This document shows, piece by piece, positions 16,411-26,376 of a stretch of 55,560 nucleotides of DNA. The DNA comes from an uncultured Thermodesulfobacteriota bacterium (GTDB lineage: Bacteria > Desulfobacterota > DSWW01 > CAZFWM01). How positions within the stretch are numbered: position 1 is the stretch's first letter; the number at the start of each line of letters is the position of its first letter. The stretch covers positions 22,289-77,848 of the forward strand of contig CAZFWM010000002.1 in assembly GCA_964522545.1 (NCBI GenBank). The letters are read 5' to 3'. The notes beneath the pieces were generated by a model, which was not told the DNA's origin, did not search any database, and saw nothing but the letters and a program-made list of their open reading frames with translations. A program made the position numbers and the translations under genes.

Positions 16411-17463
16411 ATGATGAAGAACACGATATCCGGATTTACAATCGCTCTCATAATCGCTGTTTTCTCCATGGGCCTGCAGATCCCGGCGATGGCGGCGTCC
16501 CCCGGCGTCGGCCCCTCTGACACCGAGGTGCAGACCATGGCATCGACCGGAAACGAGGTGTCGGCCCGGGCGAAGCTGGTAGTGAATCCGGCGAGCCATG
16601 TCTCGGGTGACAAGATACTGCTGGGCGATATCGCCAAGCTCTCGGGGGACGACGCAGACCTGATCGAGAAGGTGCGGGACGTCTACATCGCAAAAACCCC
16701 CAGGCCCGGGAAGGAAGTACGGCTCACGAAGTCTTTTCTGACGAGCCGCATCAGTGCGCACAGGATCGACCTGGACGCTGTTGATATCTCCGCACCCGAG
16801 CAAATCCTTGTCTCTCGCAACTCGATAGAGATCCCCGGCGAGGACCTGGTCGGGCTGGCAAGGCGCTATGTGCTCGAACACCTCCCCTACGACCCGAAAA
16901 AAGCGGGAATCTTCACACGCTACGCACCGGAGAGCGTCTTCGTCCAGGAGGGAAAGGTGACCTTCGCCGTCTCTCCCCGACCGAAAGAGGACTACCTCGG
17001 GCTGGTACCGATACAGGTCGTCATCAAGGTGGACGGCCATGAGGAGAAGCGGGTCTGGGTGCGACTGGACGTGGAGATGCCGGTGCCGGTGGTGCTGGCA
17101 CGGCGGCGGATCGAGCCCGACACCGTGATCCGGGCGGGAGATCTCTATGTGACGGAAAAGGACCTGGCCCGGCTTGCGGGAGGCGCCGTGACCGACCCGG
17201 CCCAGGTCGTCGGGATGAGGGCCAGGCGCCCCATCGCGCCGAACGCCGTGCTTCGGGCCGACATGGTCGAGGCCGCCCTCATTCTCAAGCGCGGCGATAT
17301 CATCACCCTGGTGGCCGGCTCCGGAAATCTGATCGCCACGGCCAGGGGAGAGGCGCAGGAGAAGGGGCGAACAGGGGACTGGATCAAAGTCCGCAACATC
17401 TCATCCCACCGGATCATATACGGCCGCGTGGTCGACTCGAACACGGTGAGGGTGGAGTTTTAG
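16411..17463 (+). CDS. flgA: P-ring formation chaperone FlgA
   Basis: Signal peptide, SAF-like region and KRGDIITL...GEAQEKG...IKVRNISS; lies between flgG and flgH. Confidence 0.9.
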   Translation: MMKNTISGFTIALIIAVFSMGLQIPAMAASPGVGPSDTEVQTMASTGNEVSARAKLVVNPASHVSGDKILLGDIAKLSGDDADLIEKVRDVYIAKTPRPGKEVRLTKSFLTSRISAHRIDLDAVDISAPEQILVSRNSIEIPGEDLVGLARRYVLEHLPYDPKKAGIFTRYAPESVFVQEGKVTFAVSPRPKEDYLGLVPIQVVIKVDGHEEKRVWVRLDVEMPVPVVLARRRIEPDTVIRAGDLYVTEKDLARLAGGAVTDPAQVVGMRARRPIAPNAVLRADMVEAALILKRGDIITLVAGSGNLIATARGEAQEKGRTGDWIKVRNISSHRIIYGRVVDSNTVRVEF

Positions 17464-17478
17464 GAGTCGGGTGAGAAA

Positions 17479-18258
17479 ATGGCACAACGACACAGAGGCA
17501 AAAAGGCACAAAGGGAAGTATGGGAAACCGCTCTTCCGGGCAAGTGGATCGCAATCGTCGTTCTGGCGCTGTTCCTGGGCACCTCCGGCTGCGGAACGCT
17601 CATGTTCTGGACAAAGGAGGAGCCTGAGGATTCGCCGGAGCTGGAGATCCCTGCCATAGTGGAGCTGGCCGGGTCTCCGACAGCCTCGACCACCACCGAA
17701 GGATCGCTCTGGGATGAGCACGCGTCCAACTTCCTCTTCCGGGATAACAAGGCCCAGAAAGTGGGCGACCTGGTGACGATCCTGATCACCGAGTCTTCGA
17801 GCGCGAGCAACAAGGCCACCACGGACCTGGACCGGGAGTCGACCTTCCAGGCGGGGATCGACAGCTTCTGGGGGCTCGAGACCAGGCTCACGAAGCACAA
17901 TGAGGAGATCATCCCTTCAACGCTGATGAAAGCCTCCTCAAAGAACGAGTTCTCGGGATCCGGCTCCACGACCCGGTCCGACAAGCTCACATCCACCATG
18001 ACCGCCATGGTCGTGGAGGTCCTGCCGAACGAGAACCTCGTGATCGAGGGGAACAAGGTCGTCAAGGTGAACTCGGACGTGCAGAAGATGAAGCTCCGCG
18101 GGGTCATCCGCCCCGACGACATCGCCTCGAACAACACGTGTCTCTCCACCTCGATCGCCAATGCTGAGATCAGCTACCACGGGCGAGGCGGGGTGCTCCA
18201 CGACAAGCAGCATCCCGGGTGGTTCGCGAGGCTCTTCGACTGGATCTGGCCTTTTTAA
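17479..18258 (+). CDS. flgH: L-ring lipoprotein FlgH
   Basis: Lipobox TSGC, GSLW, KVGDLVTILITE, VLPNENLVIEG and GVIRPDDI. Confidence 0.95.
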   Translation: MAQRHRGKKAQREVWETALPGKWIAIVVLALFLGTSGCGTLMFWTKEEPEDSPELEIPAIVELAGSPTASTTTEGSLWDEHASNFLFRDNKAQKVGDLVTILITESSSASNKATTDLDRESTFQAGIDSFWGLETRLTKHNEEIIPSTLMKASSKNEFSGSGSTTRSDKLTSTMTAMVVEVLPNENLVIEGNKVVKVNSDVQKMKLRGVIRPDDIASNNTCLSTSIANAEISYHGRGGVLHDKQHPGWFARLFDWIWPF

Positions 18259-18333
18259 AGAGAGGTACCAAGAGCGGCGAAGCCGCAACCAAATTAGCGA
18301 AATATTGCAAAGTCAATACGAAATTGAGCTCTT

Positions 18334-18400
18334 AGTCGACAGTCAACAGTTTATAGTCGAGAGTTACATGCTTCTCACTGTCGACTGTAAACTGTAAACT
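18334..18400. repeat. Inverted arrays of degenerate heptamer repeats
   Basis: agtcgac-agtcaac-agtttat-agtcgag ... actgtcg-actgtaa-actgtaa-act. Confidence 0.65.
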
Positions 18401-18472
18401 CTCTCGGCCCATTTACATTGAGCCCACATCCGCGCAAGCCGCGTAGATGTCTCGATGAAAGGCTCTATTACG

Positions 18473-19582
18473 ATGAAGTCCAACTCCCCCATCCTGTTGA
18501 CGGCAATTGCCCTGGTCATGCTCCTGGCCGCATCCCCGGCCGGCGCGATCCGGATCAAGGATATGGCGGACATTCAGGGCGTGCGCAGCAACCAGCTCGT
18601 GGGCTACGGGCTCGTGATCGGGCTCGACGGGACCGGGGACAAGCAGCAGACCCAGTTCACCACTCAGTCCCTGGCCAGCATGCTCGAGCGGCTCGGGGTC
18701 AAGGTGAGCGACCCGACGAAGATCAAGGTGAAAAACGTGGCCGCCGTGATGGTCACCGCCACCCTCCCCCCATTCTCCAGGGCGGGGAGCCGGATCGACG
18801 TCATGGTCTCCTCGGTGGGAGACGCAGGGAGCCTCCAGGGGGGCACACTGCTGCTGACGCCGCTTCGCTCGGCAAACGGTGAGATCTATGCCGTGGCCCA
18901 GGGGGCAATCTCCATCGGAGGCTTTGCCGCTGCAGCCGGGGGCGCCTCCATGCAGAAGAACCACCCCACGGTGGGAAAGATCGCCAACGGGGCCCTGATC
19001 GAGCGGGAGGTCCCGCACAATTTCGGAGATAACGGCAAGATCACCCTTACCCTCAGGGAGCCCGACTTCACAACGGCGACGAGGGCCGTGGATGCTATCA
19101 ACCGGGCATTCGACACGCAGGCGGCCAGAGCCGGGGATGCCAGCACCGTCATCGTGGAGCTCCCCGTCACGGAGGATGTCAGCGTCGTGGAGATGGTCTC
19201 CATGATCGAGAGGCTCGAGGTCAGGCCGGACATGCCGGCCAAGGTAATCCTGAACGAGCGGACAGGGACCGTGGTGATAGGTGAGAATGTCAGGATCTCC
19301 ACAGTGGCCGTCACGCACGGGAGCCTGAGCATCCAGGTGAAAGAGGAGATCGAGGTCTCCCAGCCCGCCCCGTTCGGCGCGGGCGAGACCGTGGTAGTCC
19401 CGCAGAAGGAGATCTTCGTCCAGGAAGAGGGCGACAACCTGACTCTCATCCCGTCCAGAGTGAAGATAGGCGACCTCGTCCAGGCGCTGAACTCACTCGG
19501 TGTGACGCCACGGGATATGATCGCCATACTGCAGGCGATCAAAGCGGCCGGCGCTCTCCAGGCCGAGCTGGAGATCATTTAG
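18473..19582 (+). CDS. flgI: P-ring protein FlgI
   Basis: RIKD...GVRSNQLVGYGLVIGLDGTGD and LQAIKAAGALQAEL. Alternative start 18455. Confidence 0.97.
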   Translation: MKSNSPILLTAIALVMLLAASPAGAIRIKDMADIQGVRSNQLVGYGLVIGLDGTGDKQQTQFTTQSLASMLERLGVKVSDPTKIKVKNVAAVMVTATLPPFSRAGSRIDVMVSSVGDAGSLQGGTLLLTPLRSANGEIYAVAQGAISIGGFAAAAGGASMQKNHPTVGKIANGALIEREVPHNFGDNGKITLTLREPDFTTATRAVDAINRAFDTQAARAGDASTVIVELPVTEDVSVVEMVSMIERLEVRPDMPAKVILNERTGTVVIGENVRISTVAVTHGSLSIQVKEEIEVSQPAPFGAGETVVVPQKEIFVQEEGDNLTLIPSRVKIGDLVQALNSLGVTPRDMIAILQAIKAAGALQAELEII

Positions 19583-19608
19583 CGACATTCTTCGAACGAG
19601 ACTACACA

Positions 19609-20394
19609 ATGGCCGACGCAATAAGCCCCATACAGCTTCCATGGCAGCAGATCTCCTCAGAGGGGAAGCTGAACACCCTCGAGGGGCGGCTTGCCGGCCG
19701 GAGCGGTCCGGATGCAGGCCGAGAAAAGATCATCGACGCGGCCCGCGAGTTCGAATCTTTCGTCATCGAGTACATGTTCAAGGCCATGGAGGAAACGGTA
19801 GAGCGTAACGACATGTTCGGGGGGGGGCACGCCGAAGCGATCAGTCGGTCCATGCTCTATGAGGAGTACGCAAAGAGCGCCGCCCAGGCCGGGGGCCTCG
19901 GCCTTGCCGACGCCATAAAAGATCAGCTCATCCCTGCGGACAATGTGCCCGGCCTGAGCACGGCCGACTTCAGGAGCCCGATGGAGGGGGTCATGAGCTC
20001 GGACTTCGGGTACCGCGCGGATCCGTTCAGCGGCAAGAGGTCTTTTCACAGCGGAATCGACATCGCCAGACCCGACGGTACGGCGATACGCTCCGCAGCA
20101 GCGGGCAAGGTCACCTTCAGCGGCGTCCGCGGAGACCTGGGCAATATTGTGGAGATCGATCACGGTCAGGGATACACCACTTGCTATGCCCACAACTCCG
20201 AGAATCGGGTCCGGCCGGGGGAGACCGTGCGACAGGGCCAGGTCATCGCCCTGGTGGGAATGACAGGGCGTGCAACCGGACCCCACCTCCACTTCGAGAT
20301 CAGGCGCGATGGCGTGGCAATCGACCCGGAAATTTTTCTCGGCTCAGGTGAAAATAATGCTAAAGTTATTCATTCAGCTGCCGATAACAGATGA
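19609..20394 (+). CDS. flgJ: FlgJ-like rod-binding protein with M23 peptidase domain
   Basis: AAREFESFVIEYMFKAM (rod-binding), then HSGID, YAH and GPHLHFE (M23). Confidence 0.8.
   Translation: MADAISPIQLPWQQISSEGKLNTLEGRLAGRSGPDAGREKIIDAAREFESFVIEYMFKAMEETVERNDMFGGGHAEAISRSMLYEEYAKSAAQAGGLGLADAIKDQLIPADNVPGLSTADFRSPMEGVMSSDFGYRADPFSGKRSFHSGIDIARPDGTAIRSAAAGKVTFSGVRGDLGNIVEIDHGQGYTTCYAHNSENRVRPGETVRQGQVIALVGMTGRATGPHLHFEIRRDGVAIDPEIFLGSGENNAKVIHSAADNR
20361..20387 (+). promoter_or_regulatory. Sigma28 promoter for flgMN
   Basis: Perfect TAAA-N15-GCCGATAA. Confidence 0.9.
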
Positions 20395-20526
20395 TGAGAA
20401 GGAATGTTTTAAGAAAATAGGCTCTCAATCCATGCAGAGAGCGTTGGACGAAGCCTAACTCACTGAAAAGAGGGCACAATAGATAATACTACAGTGAACC
20501 GGGCAAGAATATAGGGAGACGGGAAA

Positions 20527-20829
20527 ATGAAGATTATCGATGGGATACCGATCGATCTGCTCAAATGGTCCGAAAAGATCGACGGAAGTAAGCAGAAGGC
20601 CGACAAGCGTGGGAAGCCGAAGGAGGGCCCTACCGGTGAAAAAGTCGACATCTCCCAGGCAGCCAAGGACATCTCCCAGGCCAAAGAGGAGATGACCGGG
20701 GTGCCCGAGGTCAACATCGCTCGGGTCGATGAGGTCCGGGATGCCTTGAAGAATGGAAAGATCGAGGTCGACACCCTCGAGCTGGCCGAAAAACTCATCC
20801 GGGAGCATTTGCTCGAGGATATTCTGTAA
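20527..20829 (+). CDS. flgM: Anti-sigma28 factor FlgM
   Basis: EKVDIS and RVDEVRDALKNG...LAEKLI; position in the operon. Confidence 0.88.
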   Translation: MKIIDGIPIDLLKWSEKIDGSKQKADKRGKPKEGPTGEKVDISQAAKDISQAKEEMTGVPEVNIARVDEVRDALKNGKIEVDTLELAEKLIREHLLEDIL

Positions 20830-20895
20830 TATCGTCTCCAGGAGACATCCACATCCACGACGGAACGTGACCGATCGAAAGCAAGGAGAGCTACA

Positions 20896-21399
20896 GTGAA
20901 CGAGATCATTCAGGAGCTGATTGCCATCCTCGACAAGGAGCTGGCCCTTTACAGGCGTCTCCTCCAGCTGCTGCGCGAGGAGAAGAAAATCATGGTGGAC
21001 TACTCGATCGACGATCTCGGCAGGAGCAACATGGAGAAGGAGACCATAGGCTTGAAGCTCCGTCTCCTCGAGGAGTCCCGTTTGATGCTCATGAAGCGGC
21101 TCAGCCCTTACATCGATAAAGAGCCGGAGGAGATCACCCTCGATGACCTGTGCGAGAAGGCCGAAGATCCTTTGGCTTCGGAGATCGCTGCCCGGCGCAC
21201 TGCCCTCAAGGCGGAGATCGCCGGAGTGAGGGAGCACAACGAGCGCAACAGAGCCCTTGCTCTGCACTCGCTGAGCCACATCCAGGGTATGATCAATCTG
21301 ATTCGCGCGATGAATTCAGGGTCGCCGACCTACGAGCCGACGGGCAGCATCAAACCGCCCGAGAACCGGCTTGGAAGGGTCGTGCGGCAGGAATTATAA
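20896..21399 (+). CDS. flgN: Flagellar export chaperone FlgN
   Basis: Helical protein with NERNRAL and TY motifs between flgM and flgK; GTG start with GGAG RBS. Confidence 0.85.
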   Translation: MNEIIQELIAILDKELALYRRLLQLLREEKKIMVDYSIDDLGRSNMEKETIGLKLRLLEESRLMLMKRLSPYIDKEPEEITLDDLCEKAEDPLASEIAARRTALKAEIAGVREHNERNRALALHSLSHIQGMINLIRAMNSGSPTYEPTGSIKPPENRLGRVVRQEL

Positions 21400-21562
21400 A
21401 ATCGAAGCCTGAATGGAATTCATGCTTCGATTTTATTCAGTGCTTATGTAAAAGCTGTTCATTCACATCAGAGAAACAGAAAAAATAGATCGAATTTCAT
21501 TATTCGGAGCAATTGAAAATCCCCTTCGTGCTCTCGGTGACGTATGGGATTGATTAAATAAT

Positions 21563-21589
21563 TAAAAAGAATCTTAGTATATCAGATAA
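21563..21589 (+). promoter_or_regulatory. Possible sigma28 promoter for flgK
   Basis: TAAA-N15-TCAGATAA (two mismatches in the -10 box). Confidence 0.3.
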
Positions 21590-21731
21590 CCCGGTCCCGA
21601 TACTTGCCCTAGATTCGGCAGACCGGGCGGATGATAGAGCCCCCCTCGCCGGCACTTGCCGAGGGCCTGACCGGAGAATCCGAAGCCTTCGCCGGCCGTG
21701 GGGATCGTGGGGATGAATAGAGAGGGAAGCT

Positions 21732-23129
21732 ATGCCTGGGATCTTTAGTGTCCTGCACATAGGGGCGTCCGCCCTGAATGCGCAGCAGGCCGCACTGGCC
21801 GTCGTCGGCCACAACATAGCCAACGTAAACACGCCCGGCTTTGCGCGCCAGGTGCCCACCTTCATTACCACCGTACCGGAGCTCACAAATATCGGCCCCA
21901 TGGGGACCGGGGTAAATGTATCCCAGGTACTCGGGATGCGTGACCGGTACATTGAAAAAACGATCTATTTCGAAATGACGTCCCTGGGAGACTACCGGGC
22001 CAGACAATCCATCTATTCAACGGTGGAGCCCCTGTTCGACGAGTCCGAGGAGATCGGCATCGGGGCGGCCCTCAACGACTTCTTCGCCAGCGTCCAGGAC
22101 CTGGCCGGCAATCCGGCCGGGATGGCCGAACGCGAGTCGCTCCGCTCCATAGCCCTTTCATTGATCAGCCACTTCAACCAGACCGCCGCGGATCTCACAA
22201 GGCTCAGGGAAGATGTGGACCGCCAGATTCAGGACGATGTCATCCAGATCAACGATCTTACCACCGAGATCGCCGCTCTCAACTTCAACATCCACGAAAT
22301 GACGACGACGGGCGGCACACCCAATGACCTGATCGACCAGCGCAACGAGCTCATTCAGCAGCTCTCCCAATTGGTAGACATCAACGTCCTGGAGGGCTCT
22401 TACAATACGGTATCCATACTCGCCGGCGGCTCGGCCCTGCTCGTCGACGGCGACGACCATTACGACCTCAGCTCCGGTGTGGACCCGGATACCGACATGA
22501 TGTCCATCTACATCGTCGACCACCACGGTGACCGGCTCGACATCACCTCGATCCTGGGCGGGGGAGAAATTTACGGCTACCTCCAGGAGCGCGATGTCAA
22601 TATTCCCGACCTCCAGCAGCGGCTGGACGAGCTCGCTTACGAGTTCGCCACCCAGGTCAACGCCATCCACATCACCGGGATCAACCTGAACGGCACGAGC
22701 AACTTCTTCTTCGCGGATCTTGCGGATGTAGAGGGGGCGGCCCTGGCGATCTCGCTGAGCGACGAGGTGGCCGAAGACGCGGGCAACATCGCTGCCGGCG
22801 CTTCCGGCGCGCCCGGCGACAACTCGATCGCCCTGGCCCTAGCCGATCTGCAGACCGCCATGACCATGGACGGCGGCTCAGAGACCTTTTCCGGCTTCTA
22901 CCGGCAGATGGTGACCGACGTGGGCGTGCAGATGCGCAACATAGAGACCTCCTACGAGCATCAGATCGACATCGTCACGCAGCTCCTCAACCGAAGAGAG
23001 CAGGTCTCTGGAGTTTCCATCGACGAAGAGATGACCTGGATGATCATGTACCAGAACGCTTACGAAGCGGCCGCGCGCCTTATAAGCGTGGTGGATGAGA
23101 CCATGGATGCCCTGATCGGCATATTATAG
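21732..23129 (+). CDS. flgK: Hook-associated protein FlgK
   Basis: GHNIANVNTPGFARQ, NDLIDQR and SGVSIDEEM...YQNAYEAAAR. Confidence 0.96.
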   Translation: MPGIFSVLHIGASALNAQQAALAVVGHNIANVNTPGFARQVPTFITTVPELTNIGPMGTGVNVSQVLGMRDRYIEKTIYFEMTSLGDYRARQSIYSTVEPLFDESEEIGIGAALNDFFASVQDLAGNPAGMAERESLRSIALSLISHFNQTAADLTRLREDVDRQIQDDVIQINDLTTEIAALNFNIHEMTTTGGTPNDLIDQRNELIQQLSQLVDINVLEGSYNTVSILAGGSALLVDGDDHYDLSSGVDPDTDMMSIYIVDHHGDRLDITSILGGGEIYGYLQERDVNIPDLQQRLDELAYEFATQVNAIHITGINLNGTSNFFFADLADVEGAALAISLSDEVAEDAGNIAAGASGAPGDNSIALALADLQTAMTMDGGSETFSGFYRQMVTDVGVQMRNIETSYEHQIDIVTQLLNRREQVSGVSIDEEMTWMIMYQNAYEAAARLISVVDETMDALIGIL

Positions 23130-23180
23130 TAGGGGCGGGCTTTACTCCCGCCCGCGGGAGGGGATAAACCCCTCCCCTAT
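23129..23180. repeat. GTAG-type REP-like hairpin between flgK and flgL
   Basis: gtaggggcgggctttactcccgccc...ggggataaacccctcccctat. Confidence 0.6.
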
Positions 23181-23196
23181 ATTAAAGAGGTAGAGA

Positions 23197-24117
23197 ATGG
23201 CGATTCGAGTAACGATGCACACGACGGCAAACCTGGTGAACTTTTACATCAACCGGAACTACAAAAAGCTTGAGGACATCTATGAGGTCGTAGCCTCCAA
23301 CAAGAGAATAAACCGCCCCTCGGACGACCCGACCGGGGCGGGCAAGGTCCTCGACTACCGGGAGTACATCGCACGGGCGGACCAGTTCTTGCGGAACACC
23401 CAAAACGGGCTGTCCCCGTTGAGCACGGTTGAATCAACCCTGAGCCAGTCGTCCGATATCCTCGTCCAAGCCAAGGAGACCGCCCTCGAGATGTCATCGG
23501 GGACCATGACCGAGGATGAACGCGAGACCGCCGCCACGGAGATAGAGACTCTCATCCATCAGCTCCTCGGGCTGGCCAATTCCCAGCACCTGGACAACTA
23601 CCTCTTCTCCGGCACCGAGGTGACCACGGCCCCCTTCGAGCTCGACGACACGGGCCCGGTATGGACCGTGACCTTCATGGGCGACAACGAGGCGATCGAT
23701 ATCCAGATCAACGATGCATTGACCCAGACCATCAACATCGACGGTGAGGAGGTCTTTATGGGCTCGGTCGGCGGCGCGACAACAGGCACCGACCTCTTCG
23801 AGACCCTGATCAACCTAAGAGACGCCCTCCTGGCCGACGACATCGAGGCGGTCCAGGCCGAGATCGACAACCTCGACGCCGGGCACAACCAGCTGCTCAA
23901 TGCCCGGGCCGACGTGGGGCTGCGCATCAACAATCTCAACCAGAACGGCGACCGGCTCGAACTCTACATCATCAATCTCACGGAGCAGCTCTCATTTGTC
24001 GAAGATGCCGACTCGATCAAGGCGATCGAGGATCTCACGCTGGCAGAGGTCACAATGCAGGCAACCCTGCAGACGGCGACCCTGATTTCGCAGATCACGA
24101 TTCTGAATTACCTGTAG
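23197..24117 (+). CDS. flgL: Hook-associated protein FlgL
   Basis: KRINRPSDDP, YLFSG and C-terminal TILNYL. Confidence 0.95.
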   Translation: MAIRVTMHTTANLVNFYINRNYKKLEDIYEVVASNKRINRPSDDPTGAGKVLDYREYIARADQFLRNTQNGLSPLSTVESTLSQSSDILVQAKETALEMSSGTMTEDERETAATEIETLIHQLLGLANSQHLDNYLFSGTEVTTAPFELDDTGPVWTVTFMGDNEAIDIQINDALTQTINIDGEEVFMGSVGGATTGTDLFETLINLRDALLADDIEAVQAEIDNLDAGHNQLLNARADVGLRINNLNQNGDRLELYIINLTEQLSFVEDADSIKAIEDLTLAEVTMQATLQTATLISQITILNYL

Positions 24118-24307
24118 GATTGATGTCCATGTAAAAAGTCGAAACCGATCTCGCGGAGCGGATGATTTCGATCAAATAGGCCGAGATGAAAGTCGAAATG
24201 TGGCGTTCGGTGATTGCCCTGCTGACTTTTTACGAAATCATCAGGATTGAACAGAGGAACGAGGACGGGGACGATTACTTTTCAAATTCATCGCCAGGGA
24301 GAATGTG

Positions 24308-24571
24308 ATGCTGGTCCTGACACGGAAGTCGGGTGAGAGTGTAAAGATAGGGGATGAGATCCGGATCATCGTTATGGAGGTCAAGGGGCGCCAAGTCCGC
24401 CTCGGCGTGGAGGCACCGGCCTCGATCTCCATCCACAGAGAAGAGATTTACAACCGGATCCAAAAAGAGAACCTAATGGCCGCCTCTATGAGGTCGGGAG
24501 ACCTTGCCCCGCTGTCCAAACTCCTGGACAACGCGAAACCGGGGGCGAGAAGGAAGGAGAAGGAGCCGTGA
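24308..24571 (+). CDS. csrA: Carbon storage regulator CsrA
   Basis: [18 protein letters not shown]...[13 protein letters not shown], with the C-terminal extension typical of FliW-paired CsrA. Confidence 0.96.
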   Translation: MLVLTRKSGESVKIGDEIRIIVMEVKGRQVRLGVEAPASISIHREEIYNRIQKENLMAASMRSGDLAPLSKLLDNAKPGARRKEKEP

Positions 24572-25113
24572 TTATCAATACGAGTCGTTTCGGTAAGGTA
24601 AAGATCAATAAGGAGGACATCATCTTCATGCCGGACGGCGTGATCGGCTTCCATGACGAGAAGCGCTTCGCCGTGATCGAGCGTGTCCAGGAGCTGCCGT
24701 TCCTCTGGTTTCAGGCGGTCGACTCCCACGAGCTCGCCTTCATCATCGTGGATCCTCGCCTCTTCATCCCGGATTACCGTCCGGAGGTGAGCAAAGCGGA
24801 CCTCACGGTGCTCAAAGCGAAGGATGCGGAGCAGATCGAGTTCTATGCGATCATCACCGTGCCGGAGAACCCGGAGGAGATGACCGCCAATCTGATCGCC
24901 CCGCTCTGCATCAACATAGAGACGCGCCTGGCCAAGCAGGTCATCCTCACCGACCCGCGATACGGCACCAGGCACCCCATCATCGAAGAGATGGAGAGCA
25001 ACCTCCCTCACACGGAGAAGCCAAAAGAAAAGAAACGGAGCGGCAAAGAGAAGACGATCCCGGCGGCAGGACCGGCCACACCCTCCGATCCGATCGAGGT
25101 CAGGGCCTTGTAG
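24568..25113 (+). CDS. fliW: Flagellar assembly factor FliW
   Basis: [18 protein letters not shown] and MTANLIAPL. Confidence 0.95.
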   Translation: MIINTSRFGKVKINKEDIIFMPDGVIGFHDEKRFAVIERVQELPFLWFQAVDSHELAFIIVDPRLFIPDYRPEVSKADLTVLKAKDAEQIEFYAIITVPENPEEMTANLIAPLCINIETRLAKQVILTDPRYGTRHPIIEEMESNLPHTEKPKEKKRSGKEKTIPAAGPATPSDPIEVRAL

Positions 25114-25164
25114 CCCTGGTGTGAGAGCGCCGAAAAAAAATAAGAATAGAAAAAGGATACCGCA

Positions 25165-26241
25165 ATGCGTATTGGAGCCAACAGTTTTGTTTCGCCCCAA
25201 GCTATCGTAGAACAACCCGATCACATTTTTATTGGCAGCAATGTTCAAATCAAAGAGGGCGTTGTGCTGCGCCCGGAAAATGGATGGATATCCATTGGGA
25301 ACAACGTGGTCATAAACCACTATACCGCTATCCATGCAAAAGGGGGCGTGGAGATTGGAGATTGGAGCATCCTTGCTCCGAATTGCGGCATTTACGCGCA
25401 AAATCATTCTTTCAGCTCCTTCGACATGCCGATAACGAAGCAGCCCAATACAGGCGTCGGGATTACCTTGATGGGAGACAACTTGTTGGGCGGTGGCGCC
25501 ATCATTCTGGATGGAGTGACCCTGGGCAAAGGTACGGTAGTAGGGGCGGGATCTGTAGTCACCAAATCATTTTCAATGGCCAAAATCATTGCGGGAAATC
25601 CCGCCAGGATACTAAAAGACCGGGCCCCGACGGATGTCTGGGAATTTAAAAAAGCCGAGCGGTGTTCTTTGTATTTAACGCCTGAAAAATACTGGCCCTT
25701 CATAAACAAGCGAGCAGAGATTGCTCTGAAATATATAGAGCCGGAAGACACTGTCTTGGACATCGGCTGTGGTGAAGGCTACATCACAAATCAGGCCAAG
25801 GATCACTGCAAGAAGATCGTTGGAATCGATTACTCAGATGACGCACTGAAGACGGCCAGAGAAAGATATGATCTTGAATGCTATCACATGAGTAGTACGA
25901 ATCTGGTCTTTGAACAGGGGTCATTCGACAAGGTACTCTGTTTTGAACTGATTGAGCACCTTACACGAATTCAAGCGATTAAAATGTTGGCAGAGGTCCA
26001 AAAGGTCCTAAAACCCGGAGGGATTATAATCGGGTCAACTCCAATAAGGCAGACACCGTTCTCGGCACCCGCTACCTATTCTCACATCCATGAATACTCT
26101 GAACCTGAACTGCGAAAGCTGTTTGAGAATTTCTTGGAGCTAGGAATGTCCGGAGGTTTCTTTATTGCCAGAAATGGCGTGAAGGCCAGCATGAAAGGGG
26201 TCCCACGGTATGAGACCAGAGGATCGATTCTATCTTATTAA
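25165..26241 (+). CDS. Hexapeptide (LbH) acyltransferase fused to class I SAM methyltransferase
   Basis: IGSNVQI, IGNNVVI, VVGAGSVVTK and AGNPAR, then VLDIGCGEG and FELIEHL; lower GC than the flagellar genes. Confidence 0.85.
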   Translation: MRIGANSFVSPQAIVEQPDHIFIGSNVQIKEGVVLRPENGWISIGNNVVINHYTAIHAKGGVEIGDWSILAPNCGIYAQNHSFSSFDMPITKQPNTGVGITLMGDNLLGGGAIILDGVTLGKGTVVGAGSVVTKSFSMAKIIAGNPARILKDRAPTDVWEFKKAERCSLYLTPEKYWPFINKRAEIALKYIEPEDTVLDIGCGEGYITNQAKDHCKKIVGIDYSDDALKTARERYDLECYHMSSTNLVFEQGSFDKVLCFELIEHLTRIQAIKMLAEVQKVLKPGGIIIGSTPIRQTPFSAPATYSHIHEYSEPELRKLFENFLELGMSGGFFIARNGVKASMKGVPRYETRGSILSY

Positions 26242-26376
26242 ACAGCTCAAGAAGTACTCCGTGCAGGGACCTGTTTTGGACAGCTGCGCCGGGCCTTCAA
26301 AGCTTTGGCATAAAATTTCGACTGGTATTTACGTCGCATCTAAAAAAATCTAAATAAAGTAACAGCGAAGGTTATT

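Noticed and set aside
26305-26322. TTGGCATAAAATTTCG as a sigma54 promoter for the giant gene
   Set aside because: The -12 element reads CG rather than GC.
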